From Thermoplasmata archaeon (GTDB lineage Archaea; Thermoplasmatota; Thermoplasmata; Lutacidiplasmatales; UBA184), in contig JAKIWV010000002.1 in NCBI GenBank assembly GCA_022749815.1, positions 194,478 to 258,477 of the forward strand: 64,000 nucleotides of DNA, read 5' to 3'. Numbering within the stretch: the stretch's first letter is position 1; each line of letters opens with the position of its first letter. Position numbers and translations under genes: made by a program. Below are positions 49,541-60,100 of the stretch, piece by piece. A model generated the notes under the pieces. The model saw only the letters and a list, made by a program, of their open reading frames with translations. It ran no database searches and was not told the DNA's origin.

Positions 49541-50804
49541 GGAGGGGGGTTGGTTCGAACGTCCCGGCTCCAGTCGAGGGGCTGCTGGCAGACCGCAGGG
49601 CCGCTCCAAGGACCCTGAGATAGGCGTGCAACGAGTCGCGTTGTTCGGATCCGCCTTGGAGAAACATCACCACGGGAATCAGCACGGTCAGCCCTCGGAC
49701 GTCGACCTCGGCGTGCTCGGAGCCAGGGGCCTGCAACGAGACGGCCCGACGTGAGTACTCTGCCCACCGTGCAAACAATCGCTCGTAGTCTTGCATCCTG
49801 GGGCACGGAGCGCTCGCGTCCGCGCGACCCGCTTCGGCCTCCCTATCGTGCGCCAGGGCGAGCGTGACCGAATTGACGATGCCACGTCTGAGGTCGGCTT
49901 CTCGCGTAACAAAATGGTCGATGGCCCCCACGACGATGTCGAGATAGTACCACGCTTCCAGATGGCGAGGCAGGTCAAAATCGCGTGGAAGCAGGCTCGC
50001 GCAAGCGAGGTCGACGAGCGTCAAGGCCCCGATCCAGGTGAGCTCCCCTACGTACCGGTCCACCCAGGGCACGTCGGCCGCAGGGGACGGGAGCCCCCAC
50101 GCGAGGTCGCGCACTTGGGAGACGTCCACCTTGGGTCGCCGGAGGCAACGGGAGACCGCTTGGCCGGCCGCAAACCCCTCGTTCTCCGAACGGAAAGACT
50201 GGGCCACGACTGAAAATTGAGGGGCTGAGAGGAGGGAAGCCCGAATTCGAGAAACTAGCTCGACCACCTCCGCAGCCCACTCGACGGTCAGCCCCTGCCA
50301 CCGGGTTCTCAGCCTCTCGTGGAGCACTTCGAAATCGGACTTGGGTGCGGTGAGGCTGTGAAGCGTCTCGGCGATCGCCTGGCCAACTTCGTTCTCGTCA
50401 AGGTGGGCTTCGTCCACGATATCGTCCAACAGGTCGAACAATCGCACGCACAGCAGTTTCGTGGCCCAAGCGCGGCACACATCGGAATCCGTCATCCACC
50501 CACGGAAGAGGTACGTCAGGAGAAGCGCCCCCGAGCACCGATACATGCTGTTGGGCCGACCGAGGAGTCCTTCGACGGCGGGGTCGAGCATCAGATCCGA
50601 CCCCTTCGGAGCTTGCACCCGAAGCGCGGCCGGGAGCAATCCGGCATCGCGAGCGAATGAATCGAATAATGGGCGAAAGTCCATCGACGGGCCGCCGAAA
50701 TCGTGATCGCGAATTTCCGTGGCGGCCCGCTTCCCGAGCGCGCTGAGTGTGCGGGCGATCCACTCCTCTACCTCTGGGCCTCGAAGGTGGGACGGGGTCT
50801 GCAT
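49467..50804 (-). CDS. All-helical protein with class I isoprenoid/terpene synthase-like Asp-rich motifs (start uncertain)
   Basis: FDLLDDIVDE (DDxxD) and a second IDH....EADL..G..NSV motif. Confidence 0.55.
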   Translation of the reverse strand: MQTPSHLRGPEVEEWIARTLSALGKRAATEIRDHDFGGPSMDFRPLFDSFARDAGLLPAALRVQAPKGSDLMLDPAVEGLLGRPNSMYRCSGALLLTYLFRGWMTDSDVCRAWATKLLCVRLFDLLDDIVDEAHLDENEVGQAIAETLHSLTAPKSDFEVLHERLRTRWQGLTVEWAAEVVELVSRIRASLLSAPQFSVVAQSFRSENEGFAAGQAVSRCLRRPKVDVSQVRDLAWGLPSPAADVPWVDRYVGELTWIGALTLVDLACASLLPRDFDLPRHLEAWYYLDIVVGAIDHFVTREADLRRGIVNSVTLALAHDREAEAGRADASAPCPRMQDYERLFARWAEYSRRAVSLQAPGSEHAEVDVRGLTVLIPVVMFLQGGSEQRDSLHAYLRVLGAALRSASSPSTGAGTFEPTPLPTIRPRIRSRDRPPGCSDFSLLVP

Positions 50805-51144
50805 CGTTTCCCTCGGCGCGAGAATGGAGTGTTGGGTTAAGTCGAAAGTTACGAGAATCATACCATTCCGATACCAGACGCTCATCGGATCGAGGCCATT
50901 CCGCCCGATCCGGCGCCTCCTGGTTTTCCTTACCACGAACCTGAGGCCGGACTTGTCAGTGGGGGCTATACTTCCGGGGAAGGGATTCGAAGCTTGCTGG
51001 GATCGATGGCAGTTCTTGGAAGGTCTGCCCCTCGACGGTCTTCCGACCCGTAAGAATCCACCTGTCTGTGAACTGTTCCCAGCTTACCTGACACCTATCG
51101 CACTCCTTTGTGGGCCTCTGCCCAGGGCGCCAAGAGGCCCGATC

Positions 51145-51795
51145 ATGGCTATCCCTGCCACCAAGAGCTCCACTCTAGTCCCCAACCCGACGTACGCGAA
51201 GCCGGCAACGCACGAACAGCTCCTCCGGGCCGCGGCCCGATTGAAGGAACATGGAATCCACGCCGTAATTGTCGCCGATCGAGCGGAGGCACTTAGAACG
51301 GTGCTCTCGCTCATCCCGGAACGCTCCGAGGTGTACACTGCGCCCTCAGAAACTCTCGCCCGCATTGGGCTGGAGGCTGCATTGGAGGAATCCGACAAGT
51401 ACGAGTCCGTCCGAAAGCGCTTGATGGGGTTGAACCGGACCACCCAGGAACGGGAGATCCGTAAGCTTAGCCAGGCCCCCTCGTTCGTGGTCGGCAGCGT
51501 TCATGCGGTCACCGAAGAGGGTGACGTCCTCGTTGCGTCGGCGACCGGGAGCCAACTCGGTCCGTATGCCTACGGCGCAGGGATGGTCATCTGGGTCGTC
51601 GGGGCCCAGAAGGTGGTGCCGACCCTACAGGACGGCCTGAATCGTCTGCGGGAATACGCCTACCCGATGGAGGACGCCCGGGCCCTGAAGGCATATGGCA
51701 TCAACAGTGGACTCAACAAGATCCTGATCATATCCAAGGAGATCAGTCCCGGCCGGGCCACCGTCATCTTGGTCCCGGAAGCTCTCGGGTTCTAA
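51145..51795 (+). CDS. LUD (lactate utilization) domain protein
   Basis: S.TL..IG, GSVHAVTE.G....AS.TGSQL...AYGA..VIWVVGAQK.V. Confidence 0.88.
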   Translation: MAIPATKSSTLVPNPTYAKPATHEQLLRAAARLKEHGIHAVIVADRAEALRTVLSLIPERSEVYTAPSETLARIGLEAALEESDKYESVRKRLMGLNRTTQEREIRKLSQAPSFVVGSVHAVTEEGDVLVASATGSQLGPYAYGAGMVIWVVGAQKVVPTLQDGLNRLREYAYPMEDARALKAYGINSGLNKILIISKEISPGRATVILVPEALGF

Positions 51796-51888
51796 ATCCG
51801 GCGACCCGCGCCCCTTCATCTTCAGTCGGCGAGCCCGTGAGAAGATTGAACTATCGAATCCTCCATCGTGCCGGGGAGCGGGGGGCCG

Positions 51889-52938
51889 ATGCGCCGTCAG
51901 CGACTAGCTTTAGTCGCCGTTCCGGCCGTCACCTTTTGCCCTTTGCTTACCGTGTTCCTCGCCATCGGGCTAGGGGCGGCGCCGGCCTCGACGGGCCATG
52001 CGTCCGGCCTACCCGCCTTAGTTGCAGGCTCGACCGTTCCATCGTCGGGACAGCCTTTCGGGGGTATTCAATACCCTGTGACGTTTTCCGAGACCGGCCT
52101 CCCGGCCAACATCACTTGGTCCGTCACGCTGAACGGGTCGACTCGCTCCTCGTCGGGGCCAGCGATCCAGTTTGCCGAGGTCGACGGTAGATATTCCTTC
52201 TCTATAGGGACCGTCGCGGGATACATTGCGAATCTCCAATCTGGTAGCGTCACCGTGAATGGAGGGCCGGTCTCCCAGGCGATCACCTTCTCCTCGGCGA
52301 CATCCCTTCCCTCTGGCTGGAACACCATCACCTTCTTCGGGTTACCCGTCTGGGAGACCGCAGCCATCACCGGCATCGCCGTGGTCGTGGTGGCACTCCT
52401 CCTTCTGGGCCTCCTCGATTGCCCCGACGAATGTAAGCCGAAAGGGGCCAAGGTAGACTGCAGTTCCAGCATTACCCTCGAAATCTATCCGTGCGGCCAA
52501 GCGCCCGGTTCGACGAAGGACCTCGAGACCGGTGCAGAGATCATGGCCCTCGGCGCGAAGCTGGCGGGGAAGCTGGAGGTCTTCGGCGAGACCTACGGTA
52601 AGATGCTCGAGGCGATGCCCGGATGGATTAAGGCCGGCGGGAACGTGATCGGGCAAAAGGTCGGAGTGGAAGTCTACGCCACAGTGAACTGCCGGTGGAT
52701 GGTCTGCACCGACGTACCGTGCCATTATTTCTGGAAGAAGGTCGATTGGACCAGGGACTGGAGATTCTGGGGGCCGTCCAAGCTCACACCCCCTTCGGGT
52801 TACGCCAAAAGCGGCGGGGCGGACTGCTTCGGACCCGGCTTGGACGCTGGGGACCTCTCCGCGGCAATCGGCGGGGCCCTGGACGCCAATGAGAAAGTGG
52901 CGGAGGCCCGAAGGAACTGCAAGAAGGTGTGCGCATGA
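51889..52938 (+). CDS. Membrane-anchored surface protein: thermopsin-type repeat, TM, Cys-rich C-terminal domain
   Basis: Signal peptide, YPVTFSETGLP..TW.VTLNG repeat, TM, then a domain with about 9 Cys. Confidence 0.7.
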   Translation: MRRQRLALVAVPAVTFCPLLTVFLAIGLGAAPASTGHASGLPALVAGSTVPSSGQPFGGIQYPVTFSETGLPANITWSVTLNGSTRSSSGPAIQFAEVDGRYSFSIGTVAGYIANLQSGSVTVNGGPVSQAITFSSATSLPSGWNTITFFGLPVWETAAITGIAVVVVALLLLGLLDCPDECKPKGAKVDCSSSITLEIYPCGQAPGSTKDLETGAEIMALGAKLAGKLEVFGETYGKMLEAMPGWIKAGGNVIGQKVGVEVYATVNCRWMVCTDVPCHYFWKKVDWTRDWRFWGPSKLTPPSGYAKSGGADCFGPGLDAGDLSAAIGGALDANEKVAEARRNCKKVCA

Positions 52939-53161
52939 TATCGCGGGGACGGTTCGGTACGTGCCGGCGTTGCGTAATCCTGAATCTAGCGGCGGTTGCC
53001 ATCTCCGCTGGCGGGCTCATCTGGTCGATGGAGAGTTCGGTGTTCCAGCTCGAACCGCTCTGGATCGGCCTTCTTGCCGTGAGCGGCAGCCTACTGGCCC
53101 TGCACCTTCTCTATCGACAAGTCCGTTCAGCGGGCCGAAGCCGGTCGGAGACCTGAACTAG
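52935..53161 (+). CDS. Small membrane protein with GxCxxC (DUF3624-like)
   Basis: ATGA overlap with the upstream stop; GTCRRC then two TMs. Confidence 0.55.
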
Positions 53162-53405
53162 CCCAATCGCGCACGGGTACTGGGCGAGCCCGCAGCAATA
53201 CTGGGAGCGAGTGGGTCGGCCCAGAAGATCCATAGGAGGCAGCTTGGCCCTCGCGCCGAACCTTCGATTCCTCGATAGTTCTCTGTGCAACGGGTCGGCC
53301 AAAGCCTCCATCGGCACGCACATAGCTGGACCGACTGTGGGCGTAACCTCCCCGTGCACCACGCTGCGCTTTTAGGGGCCGGGAGTAGTCGGAACTGGGG
53401 GAACA

Positions 53406-53885
53406 GTGCCCGAGTCCAGCCGGCGGATATTCGCGACGCAGAACATTCGATTTGTAAAGATCGCCAAGGTCCCTCTCTCGTATGCCTACGCGTGGTGTAC
53501 GGACTTCCGGTCGGACGATGGAAAGTTCTCCGGTTCCACGGCGCGGTATCGTGTTCTGAAGGCCGCCCCGGACCGCGCGGTCCGCATCCGGACAGCAAAG
53601 TCTGCCGGTAAAACCCCGGTCATCGCGATCGAGCTGGTCCGGTTGATGCCTCCCGATCGTTGGCACGTCGACCAGGTCGATGAGACCGACCTCGCGGCGG
53701 TCGACTACGAGCTGACGAAGCTCGGGCCCAACAAGACCCGAATCGAGCTCCGGATCACCGAACGATGGATGACCCCCCGATTTCCGAGCCGCTCGGATTA
53801 CCTTCGTACGACCAGCGACTACTGGGACAAACTCGTGGGAGCGCTCGAGACTCGCCACGCTCAAGGGCGCCCGCCGCGCGGCTAG
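53406..53885 (+). CDS. SRPBCC/START-like hypothetical protein
   Basis: VPL.YAY.WCTDF..DD, Y.L..LG..KTRI, C-terminal W..L..ALE helix. Confidence 0.6.
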   Translation: MPESSRRIFATQNIRFVKIAKVPLSYAYAWCTDFRSDDGKFSGSTARYRVLKAAPDRAVRIRTAKSAGKTPVIAIELVRLMPPDRWHVDQVDETDLAAVDYELTKLGPNKTRIELRITERWMTPRFPSRSDYLRTTSDYWDKLVGALETRHAQGRPPRG

Positions 53886-53971
53886 TCGGGGAAACGGATC
53901 TCGTGACGGAGAATCCCACCTGAAGAAATGGATTCTCGCGGGACTCTAACCCCACCCGCTCCGGAACTCAG

Positions 53972-53997
53972 GGAGGTGCAACTTCCATTGCACCTCC
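53972..53997 (+). repeat. Dif-like site copy 7: GGAGGTGCAA-CTTCCA-TTGCACCTCC
   Basis: Perfect 10-bp arms; right flank CCTTCGCAGGACGC is shared with copy 8. Confidence 0.87.
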
Positions 53998-54144
53998 TTC
54001 GCAGGACGCGGCTCTCTGGACGCCTGACTAATATTGCACGACTAGAAATGGATGGGCTTCTGACGCAGAGTGTGGCTCGGGAACCGAGAACTTAGCTGGG
54101 GGGGAGGCAGCACGTACATAGAGTGGGCCGGCGTCGTGTTTCCC

Positions 54145-56085
54145 ATGGGACCGCGTCCGAGTCCATTGGACCCCCTCGGTCTGGCGATCGTATTTGGAGC
54201 CCTGATCCTCTCCTCGAGCGGCGGGGGTTTGCCCTTCGGGACGGTTGCGGGCGCCTCGGTCAATCCGTTGGACAGTCGGCCCGACGTGCGATCGGTGGGG
54301 GCAGCACCTCTGTACCCCCAAACGTTCACTGAGACTGGCCTTCCTTCCGGATCGCCCTGGAACATTACGCTGAACGGACAGACGCAGAGTGTTGTCGCTC
54401 CGTTGCCGATCGTGTTTTCGGAACCTAATGGAACCTACGCGTACACGGTCGGCGGCCCGTCCGGTTGGGAACTTGTGCCACCTTCGGCGACAGGGATAGC
54501 GCGTGTGGCGGGCGCCCCGAACACGGTGGCACTGCCGAACATCGGGGTGGGGACCAACCCCTATGACACAGCGTACGACACGACGAATGGGTACGTGTAT
54601 GTGGCGAACTTGGGATCGAACAACGTAACGGCGATCGACGGTGCTACGGACAACGTAGTGGTGCCGGGAATTGGGGTGGGGACCAATCCGCTTGGGATCA
54701 CGTATGATCCCTCGAACGGGTACCTGTACGTAACGAACTATGGATCGAACAACGTGACGGTGATCGATGGTGCGACGGAGAAGGTGGTGGTGCCGAGCAT
54801 CGGTGTGGGGAGTGGCCCAAATGTGATCGCGTTTGACCCTTCGAACGGATTTCTGTATGTGGTGAACGGCGGATCGAACAACGTGACGGTGATCGACGGT
54901 GCGACGGACAAGGTGGTGGTCCCGAGCATCGGCGTGGGGGCCACTCCCACTGGAATTGTGCAGGATCGTTCGAACGGGTACCTGTATGTGGCGAATTATG
55001 GATCGAACAACCTATCGGTGATCGACGGTGCGACGAACAAGGTCGTTGTGCCTAGCATCGGGGTGGGGATGAACCCCTATGGGATTGCGTCAGACCCCGC
55101 GAACGGATATCTGTATGTTGTGAATTTTGGATCGAACAACGTGACAGTGGTCAACGGTGCGACGGAGATGGTGGCAGCGCCGAACATCGGAGTGGGGGCG
55201 AACCCCGACTGGATCACGTATGACCCGTCTAACGGCTATCTGTACGTGGCGAACTTTGGATCGAATACCGTGACGGTGATCGACGGCGCCACGGGCAATG
55301 TTGTGGTCCCGAGCATCGGAGTGGGGAGCGGCCCGAGCGGGATTGCGTTTGACTCTTCGAACCGTTTTCTGTATGTGACGAACTATGGATCGACCACCGT
55401 GACAGTGATCAACGGGAATGGTTTGCTGTTGACGGACTGGAAAGTGGCGCCGAGATATCCGGTGACGTTCCCGGAGACCGGCCTTCCGTCGGGAACGATC
55501 TGGTTGGTGACGCTGAACGGTGCCGCGGGTGGTTCCGCCGGGCCGACGATCACGTTCCAAGAGCCCAACGGGACGTACACCTATACCATCGCCCCAATCG
55601 CCGGCTGGACCGTCGCGATGTATCGCGGGAGCCTGACGGTGCCGGGCGCGCCAACCGGTGTCGCCGTGGCCTGGACCCAGACGACCTATCCGGTAGCCTT
55701 CGCAGAGACCGGCCTCCCGTCGGGACGGAGCTGGTCAGTGACGGTGAACGGGGCGCCGCAGAATTCGACGACCTCGACCATCACGTTCGCAGAGCCGAAC
55801 GGGACGTATGCGTACATGATCAGTTCGGTAGGTGGCTATTCCGTCGCTCCCTCCTTCGGGGTTTTGACCGTGAAGGGACCGAACCTTGGGCCGTCGATCG
55901 TGTTCTCTCCCCTCCCTCCGCCTTCGAGACCCGGGTTCCTCGGGCTTTCCGGGAACGAGGGCTACCTGGTCGTGGGGGGCATTGCGGCCGTCGTGGCGAT
56001 AGGAGCGGGGTTCGGGCTACTGCTCCATCGGAGGCAGGCGCGTCAAGTGAAGGTATCCGAACCGGATCCGAAGCGGGCAGCGTGA
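54145..56085 (+). CDS. Cell-surface YVTN beta-propeller protein with thermopsin-type repeats and C-terminal TM
   Basis: Seven 43-aa repeats (IGVG..P.....D..NG..YV.N.GSN.V.VIDG), three TF.ETGLP repeats, TM plus basic tail. Confidence 0.92.
   Translation: MGPRPSPLDPLGLAIVFGALILSSSGGGLPFGTVAGASVNPLDSRPDVRSVGAAPLYPQTFTETGLPSGSPWNITLNGQTQSVVAPLPIVFSEPNGTYAYTVGGPSGWELVPPSATGIARVAGAPNTVALPNIGVGTNPYDTAYDTTNGYVYVANLGSNNVTAIDGATDNVVVPGIGVGTNPLGITYDPSNGYLYVTNYGSNNVTVIDGATEKVVVPSIGVGSGPNVIAFDPSNGFLYVVNGGSNNVTVIDGATDKVVVPSIGVGATPTGIVQDRSNGYLYVANYGSNNLSVIDGATNKVVVPSIGVGMNPYGIASDPANGYLYVVNFGSNNVTVVNGATEMVAAPNIGVGANPDWITYDPSNGYLYVANFGSNTVTVIDGATGNVVVPSIGVGSGPSGIAFDSSNRFLYVTNYGSTTVTVINGNGLLLTDWKVAPRYPVTFPETGLPSGTIWLVTLNGAAGGSAGPTITFQEPNGTYTYTIAPIAGWTVAMYRGSLTVPGAPTGVAVAWTQTTYPVAFAETGLPSGRSWSVTVNGAPQNSTTSTITFAEPNGTYAYMISSVGGYSVAPSFGVLTVKGPNLGPSIVFSPLPPPSRPGFLGLSGNEGYLVVGGIAAVVAIGAGFGLLLHRRQARQVKVSEPDPKRAA
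54541..55410 (+). repeat. Intragenic 129-bp tandem repeat x7 (YVTN blades)
   Basis: ATYGGNGTGGGG recurs at 54541, 54670, 54799, 54928, 55057, 55186 and 55315. Confidence 0.9.
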
Positions 56086-56181
56086 CTAACCTCTGATGAG
56101 CGGGTCGGTTACTCAGCCCCTTACCGAGGTCGGTCGGTTTCTAAGGCCCCCTTCTCCCCGAGTTTCGCAAGGCGGTGGACA

Positions 56182-56201
56182 AGTGCAACCTCCATTGCAC
56201 A
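56182..56201 (+). repeat. Dif-like site copy 8: AGTGCAA-CCTCCA-TTGCACA
   Basis: Lies between two convergent stop codons (56085 and 56228). Confidence 0.85.
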
Positions 56202-56227
56202 CCCTTCGCAGGACGCCAGACTTGGCA

Positions 56228-56857
56228 CTAACTGGCGGTCAGAATCAGCTGCCGGTCGATGCCCTGGGAACTGTCGTCCATTGCACGATCGAAATCTTCC
56301 AGTGAGAGACGCTGTTCGGGGCCTAGGTCGGGGTCGTGGAAACTGATCCCACCGTCCTCCATGTTTGTCACCACCACCCAGTGCAGGACTCCGCCCGGAA
56401 AGTCGGGATCCGGTGCGTAGGAGCCCTGATCCACCATCACGATGGCCGGACAACGAAGGGCATCCGACATTCGAAGGCGATCCACCCTGACGGGTTCAAT
56501 TGAAACACGCACACCTCGGCGTCGGGCTTCCCACTCTCGGTAGCGGGCCACGGGGCTCGCGAAGTGACCGAAGGCGGTTCCGACCGCGTCGAAGCTCGTC
56601 CCGGTCTTAGGCCGTAGATGAAACCCCGGACTCTCCTTTGGAACGGTTACGTTGGCCCCGGAGTTGCGGAGGAGGACGGCGAGTCCGGACGATTCCGTCA
56701 TCCCGAACGGGAACAGCCAGCTGCGAGCCCAGGGAACCATGTCCGACCCTGGTCGAACAACCGGGGATCTGGCGAGCCAACCCCGGACCATCTCTACGCA
56801 GGCGGGTCCGCAGCTCCCAATCATCGTCTGTTTGAGATACGGGACCGGAAGGGCCAC
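56228..56857 (-). CDS. Peptidase C39-like protein
   Basis: L.VPYLKQ...SCGPAC..M, HWVVV, HDP (Gln-Cys-His-Asp). Confidence 0.85.
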   Translation of the reverse strand: MALPVPYLKQTMIGSCGPACVEMVRGWLARSPVVRPGSDMVPWARSWLFPFGMTESSGLAVLLRNSGANVTVPKESPGFHLRPKTGTSFDAVGTAFGHFASPVARYREWEARRRGVRVSIEPVRVDRLRMSDALRCPAIVMVDQGSYAPDPDFPGGVLHWVVVTNMEDGGISFHDPDLGPEQRLSLEDFDRAMDDSSQGIDRQLILTAS

Positions 56858-57101
56858 AACCTCGGAAACTGCCCGAGCCCATAACTCGGACGAACCGAGG
56901 AACGGCGAGAGGTTTAGCTCGGTACCACGCGCGGTCCGAGCTAGTCGTGGTCGGCAGCAAGTGGTCGATCCGCAGAGGAGGGATTCGGCAAGTGCTCAAT
57001 CAGTTTGCGTTTTCCCGTGCGGCGCCAGGGCGAAGGCGAAAGCCCAGAGGCGCGGCAACCTTCAGAGGAGCCCTTAACACCCGGGTCTTAGATTCGGGTA
57101 C

Positions 57102-60100
57102 GTGCCCGAGGAGTCGCGTCGGCTCGCCGCGATCGTGCTCACCGACCTCGTTGGTTTCACCGCGCGGACGCGACTTGACGAGACCAGGGCACTTGAGGTC
57201 CTCGAAGAGCACCGGGGGATTGTGCGGTCCGCTCTGCGGGAACACGACGGACGCGAGATCAAGACCATCGGCGACGGATTCCTCGTGGAATTTGGTAGCG
57301 CCTTCGAGGCTGTTCGTGCCGCCATTCGGATCCAAGAACTCATGCACGACTACAACGCCCAGCCTCGAAGGGCGCAGATCCGTGCGCGGATCGGGGTCCA
57401 CGTGGGAGATGTTGTTCACCGTGAAGGAGACATCTACGGCGACTGCGTGAACCAAGTGTCACGAATTGAGCCCTTGGCCGACCCAGGAGGGGTTTGCGTT
57501 TCGAGCCCAGTCTACGAACAGGTGAAACATCAGTTCCGAGAAGGGTTCGTGAAGCTCGACTCCCCCGCTTCGAAGGAGGGTCCACTTCCGGTCGACGTTT
57601 ACAAGATACTACTGCCCTGGGAACAGGGAATTCAGCTTCGGCTGGGGACCGCGAGCCTCGTGGGTCGGGGCTCCGACTGGGACACGCTGAGATCCCTCCT
57701 AGACCGCGCCGCCGGGGGCGAGGGTGGGGTCGTATTTGTGTGCGGGGAGGCAGGGATTGGAAAGAGCAAGTTCGCCGAGCAGGGTCTTGCCTATGCCCAG
57801 AGGCGGAAGATGACCTGCCTTCGCGCCCGGTGCGCCCAGAAGACCTCCGCGATACCCTACGGACCGTGGAGCGAAATGTTTCGGGAACTCGCTCGGGAGG
57901 CGACGGCGTTGTACTTGTCAAAGATCGCCGAGGGTTCCGTCGAGGCTCTGATCACGCTCGTCCCAGAGCTTCGTGACAAGCTCGGTCCGAGCCGTACGTC
58001 GGCGGCCCTCGAAGCGTCGGCGGACGACCGTCGGCGCTTCATCGACCATCTATGCCAAGTCTTCCTCAACATCTCGCGAGATACCCCTCTGCTACTCTTC
58101 ATCGAAGATCTCCAATTCGCCGACGAAGGGTCTGCCGACCTGCTCGAGACAATTGCGCGAAAGGCCCGAGATGCGGCCTTGTTGATTGTCGGGAACGCGC
58201 GAGATGCAGAAGTCGAGGAATCGACTCCGTTCGGACGGCTGAACTTCGTCCTCCATGCGGACCGGCTGAACACGGTGATCTCCCTCAAACGACTCGACCG
58301 GAATCAAGTGGCCGAGCTGATCGGGGAAATCCTGGGGGACTCTGGGGTGAGCGACGAGTTCCGGGACATGATCTTCGGCAAGACCGGGGGGAACCCGTAC
58401 TTCGTCGAAGAGCTGCTTCAGGCGCTCATCGACGAAGGGACGATGTTCCGGACAGGAGTAGGATGGGAACGAAAGCCGATGGCCCAGATTCGATTGCCAC
58501 GTACAGTCCGTGAACTGTTACATCAGCGCCTCGCGCGGCAGGACGAGGATACGCTCAATCTCCTCCGGGTCGCGTCGGTCGTTGGAGTGGAGTTTCCGTT
58601 CGGGCCCGTCCGCGAAGTGACCGCGTTGGATGAGGAGCGCGGCGTCAACGCACTCGAGCACGCGCTCCGTGCGCGGTTGGTCAATGAACGCGAGCTGGGT
58701 TCTGGGCGAGTCGTCTACGAATTCGGAGACCGCCAGATTCGCGACGTTCTATACGAGGAGATTAGTCTCGTTCGGGCGCAGCGGTACCACCGTCAGATCG
58801 CCCAGGCGCTCGAGAGGGATCTCGAAACGAAGGCGGATGAACTGGCGGGCGAGGTCGCGTATCACTACCTGCTAGGCAACGAGCGGATCAAGGCGCTCGA
58901 ATTCTCGATTCGGGCCGGAGATCGCGCCTCCCGGTTGTACGCGCACTCCGAGGCCGTGCGGCAATACACGACGGCGCTCGATATCTTGGAGGAGCATCCC
59001 GACGACCCGGTGCGAGCTCAGCTGTTCGAAAAATTGGGGGACGAGGAGGACCTCTTGGCGAACGCCAAGGGGGCCGTCCAAAGCTGGGAGCAAGCCGCCC
59101 GCGGTTACGAACGATCCGGCCGCCGAATCGCGGCCGGTGCAACGCTGGTCAAAGTGGCCGGTCACCTTGCAAGCATGCTCGTGGATCGGCCGCGATCGAT
59201 TCAAGTTTTTGGCGAGGCGCGGCAAATGCTGGAGTCCGAAACTGAATCGCCAGAGTTGGCGTGGCTGTACGCTCAATTGGCCGCGGTACATTCGTATTCG
59301 TCCGGCACGAGCGAACTCGTCCAGGACCTGTGCCGCCGGGCCATCGCTCTCGGGGAACGGCTCAAGTCACGCAGCGCAGAGATCTCAGCGTACAGCACGC
59401 TCTCGACCGTGCTTCCGGCCCACGAACGCCGGAAGGCCCTCGATCTTCAGAAGAAAGCCCTAGATATTGCCGTCTTGAACCGGTCCGAGGTCCTGACTAT
59501 GGATGCCTACTCCGCTCTCGGATTTTCCACAATCCAACTGGACGGAGATTGCGCTGGGGCCCTTCGATGCCAGCAGCACGCGCTCGAGATGGCGACCCGA
59601 GCCGCGGCAATTGGATTGGAAATGCGGCTTCGGGGGGTACAGATATCCCTCGTGTTCATTCGGATGGGCCGCCTCCGCGAAGCCCGACAGTCGTCGGAGG
59701 AACTCTACCGATTCGCCGCGGAACATTTGCCGCGGAGGCGATGGACCGACTTGTGCATTCTAGGGGAGGTGCTAGTGCTCCAAGGCCAGTTGACTCGGGC
59801 CCAGGAGGTCCTAGCCGAGTGGGACTCCCTTCCGAAGGATTCGGTGCCATGGTACTGTCAAGCACGAACGAGCTCGGTGCTCGCCGAACTCGATCTGGCT
59901 CTGGGAAGACAGGATTCCGCTGAGAAGCGCCTCGAGACCGCGTGCGACTTGGCCCGGCGCCAGGGCTTCGCTGCGGTGCACGCCTACGATGCTGCGAAGG
60001 CGCTGGCGCTCCTGGTCGAGTGCCGCCTCCGGCGGTCACAACAAAGGGAAGCCGAAGATGCGCTTCAAGAATTGAAACGGCTGGGGGACGCTTTTGATGG

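Noticed and set aside
54541-55410. 129-bp periodic repeat as a non-coding array
   Set aside because: It is in frame and encodes YVTN propeller blades.
56273-56287. CGTCCA-TTGCAC near site 8, and other TTGCAC/GTGCAA hexamers inside genes (e.g. 22009, 50613, 59137)
   Set aside because: They lie within coding sequence and lack the partner arm.
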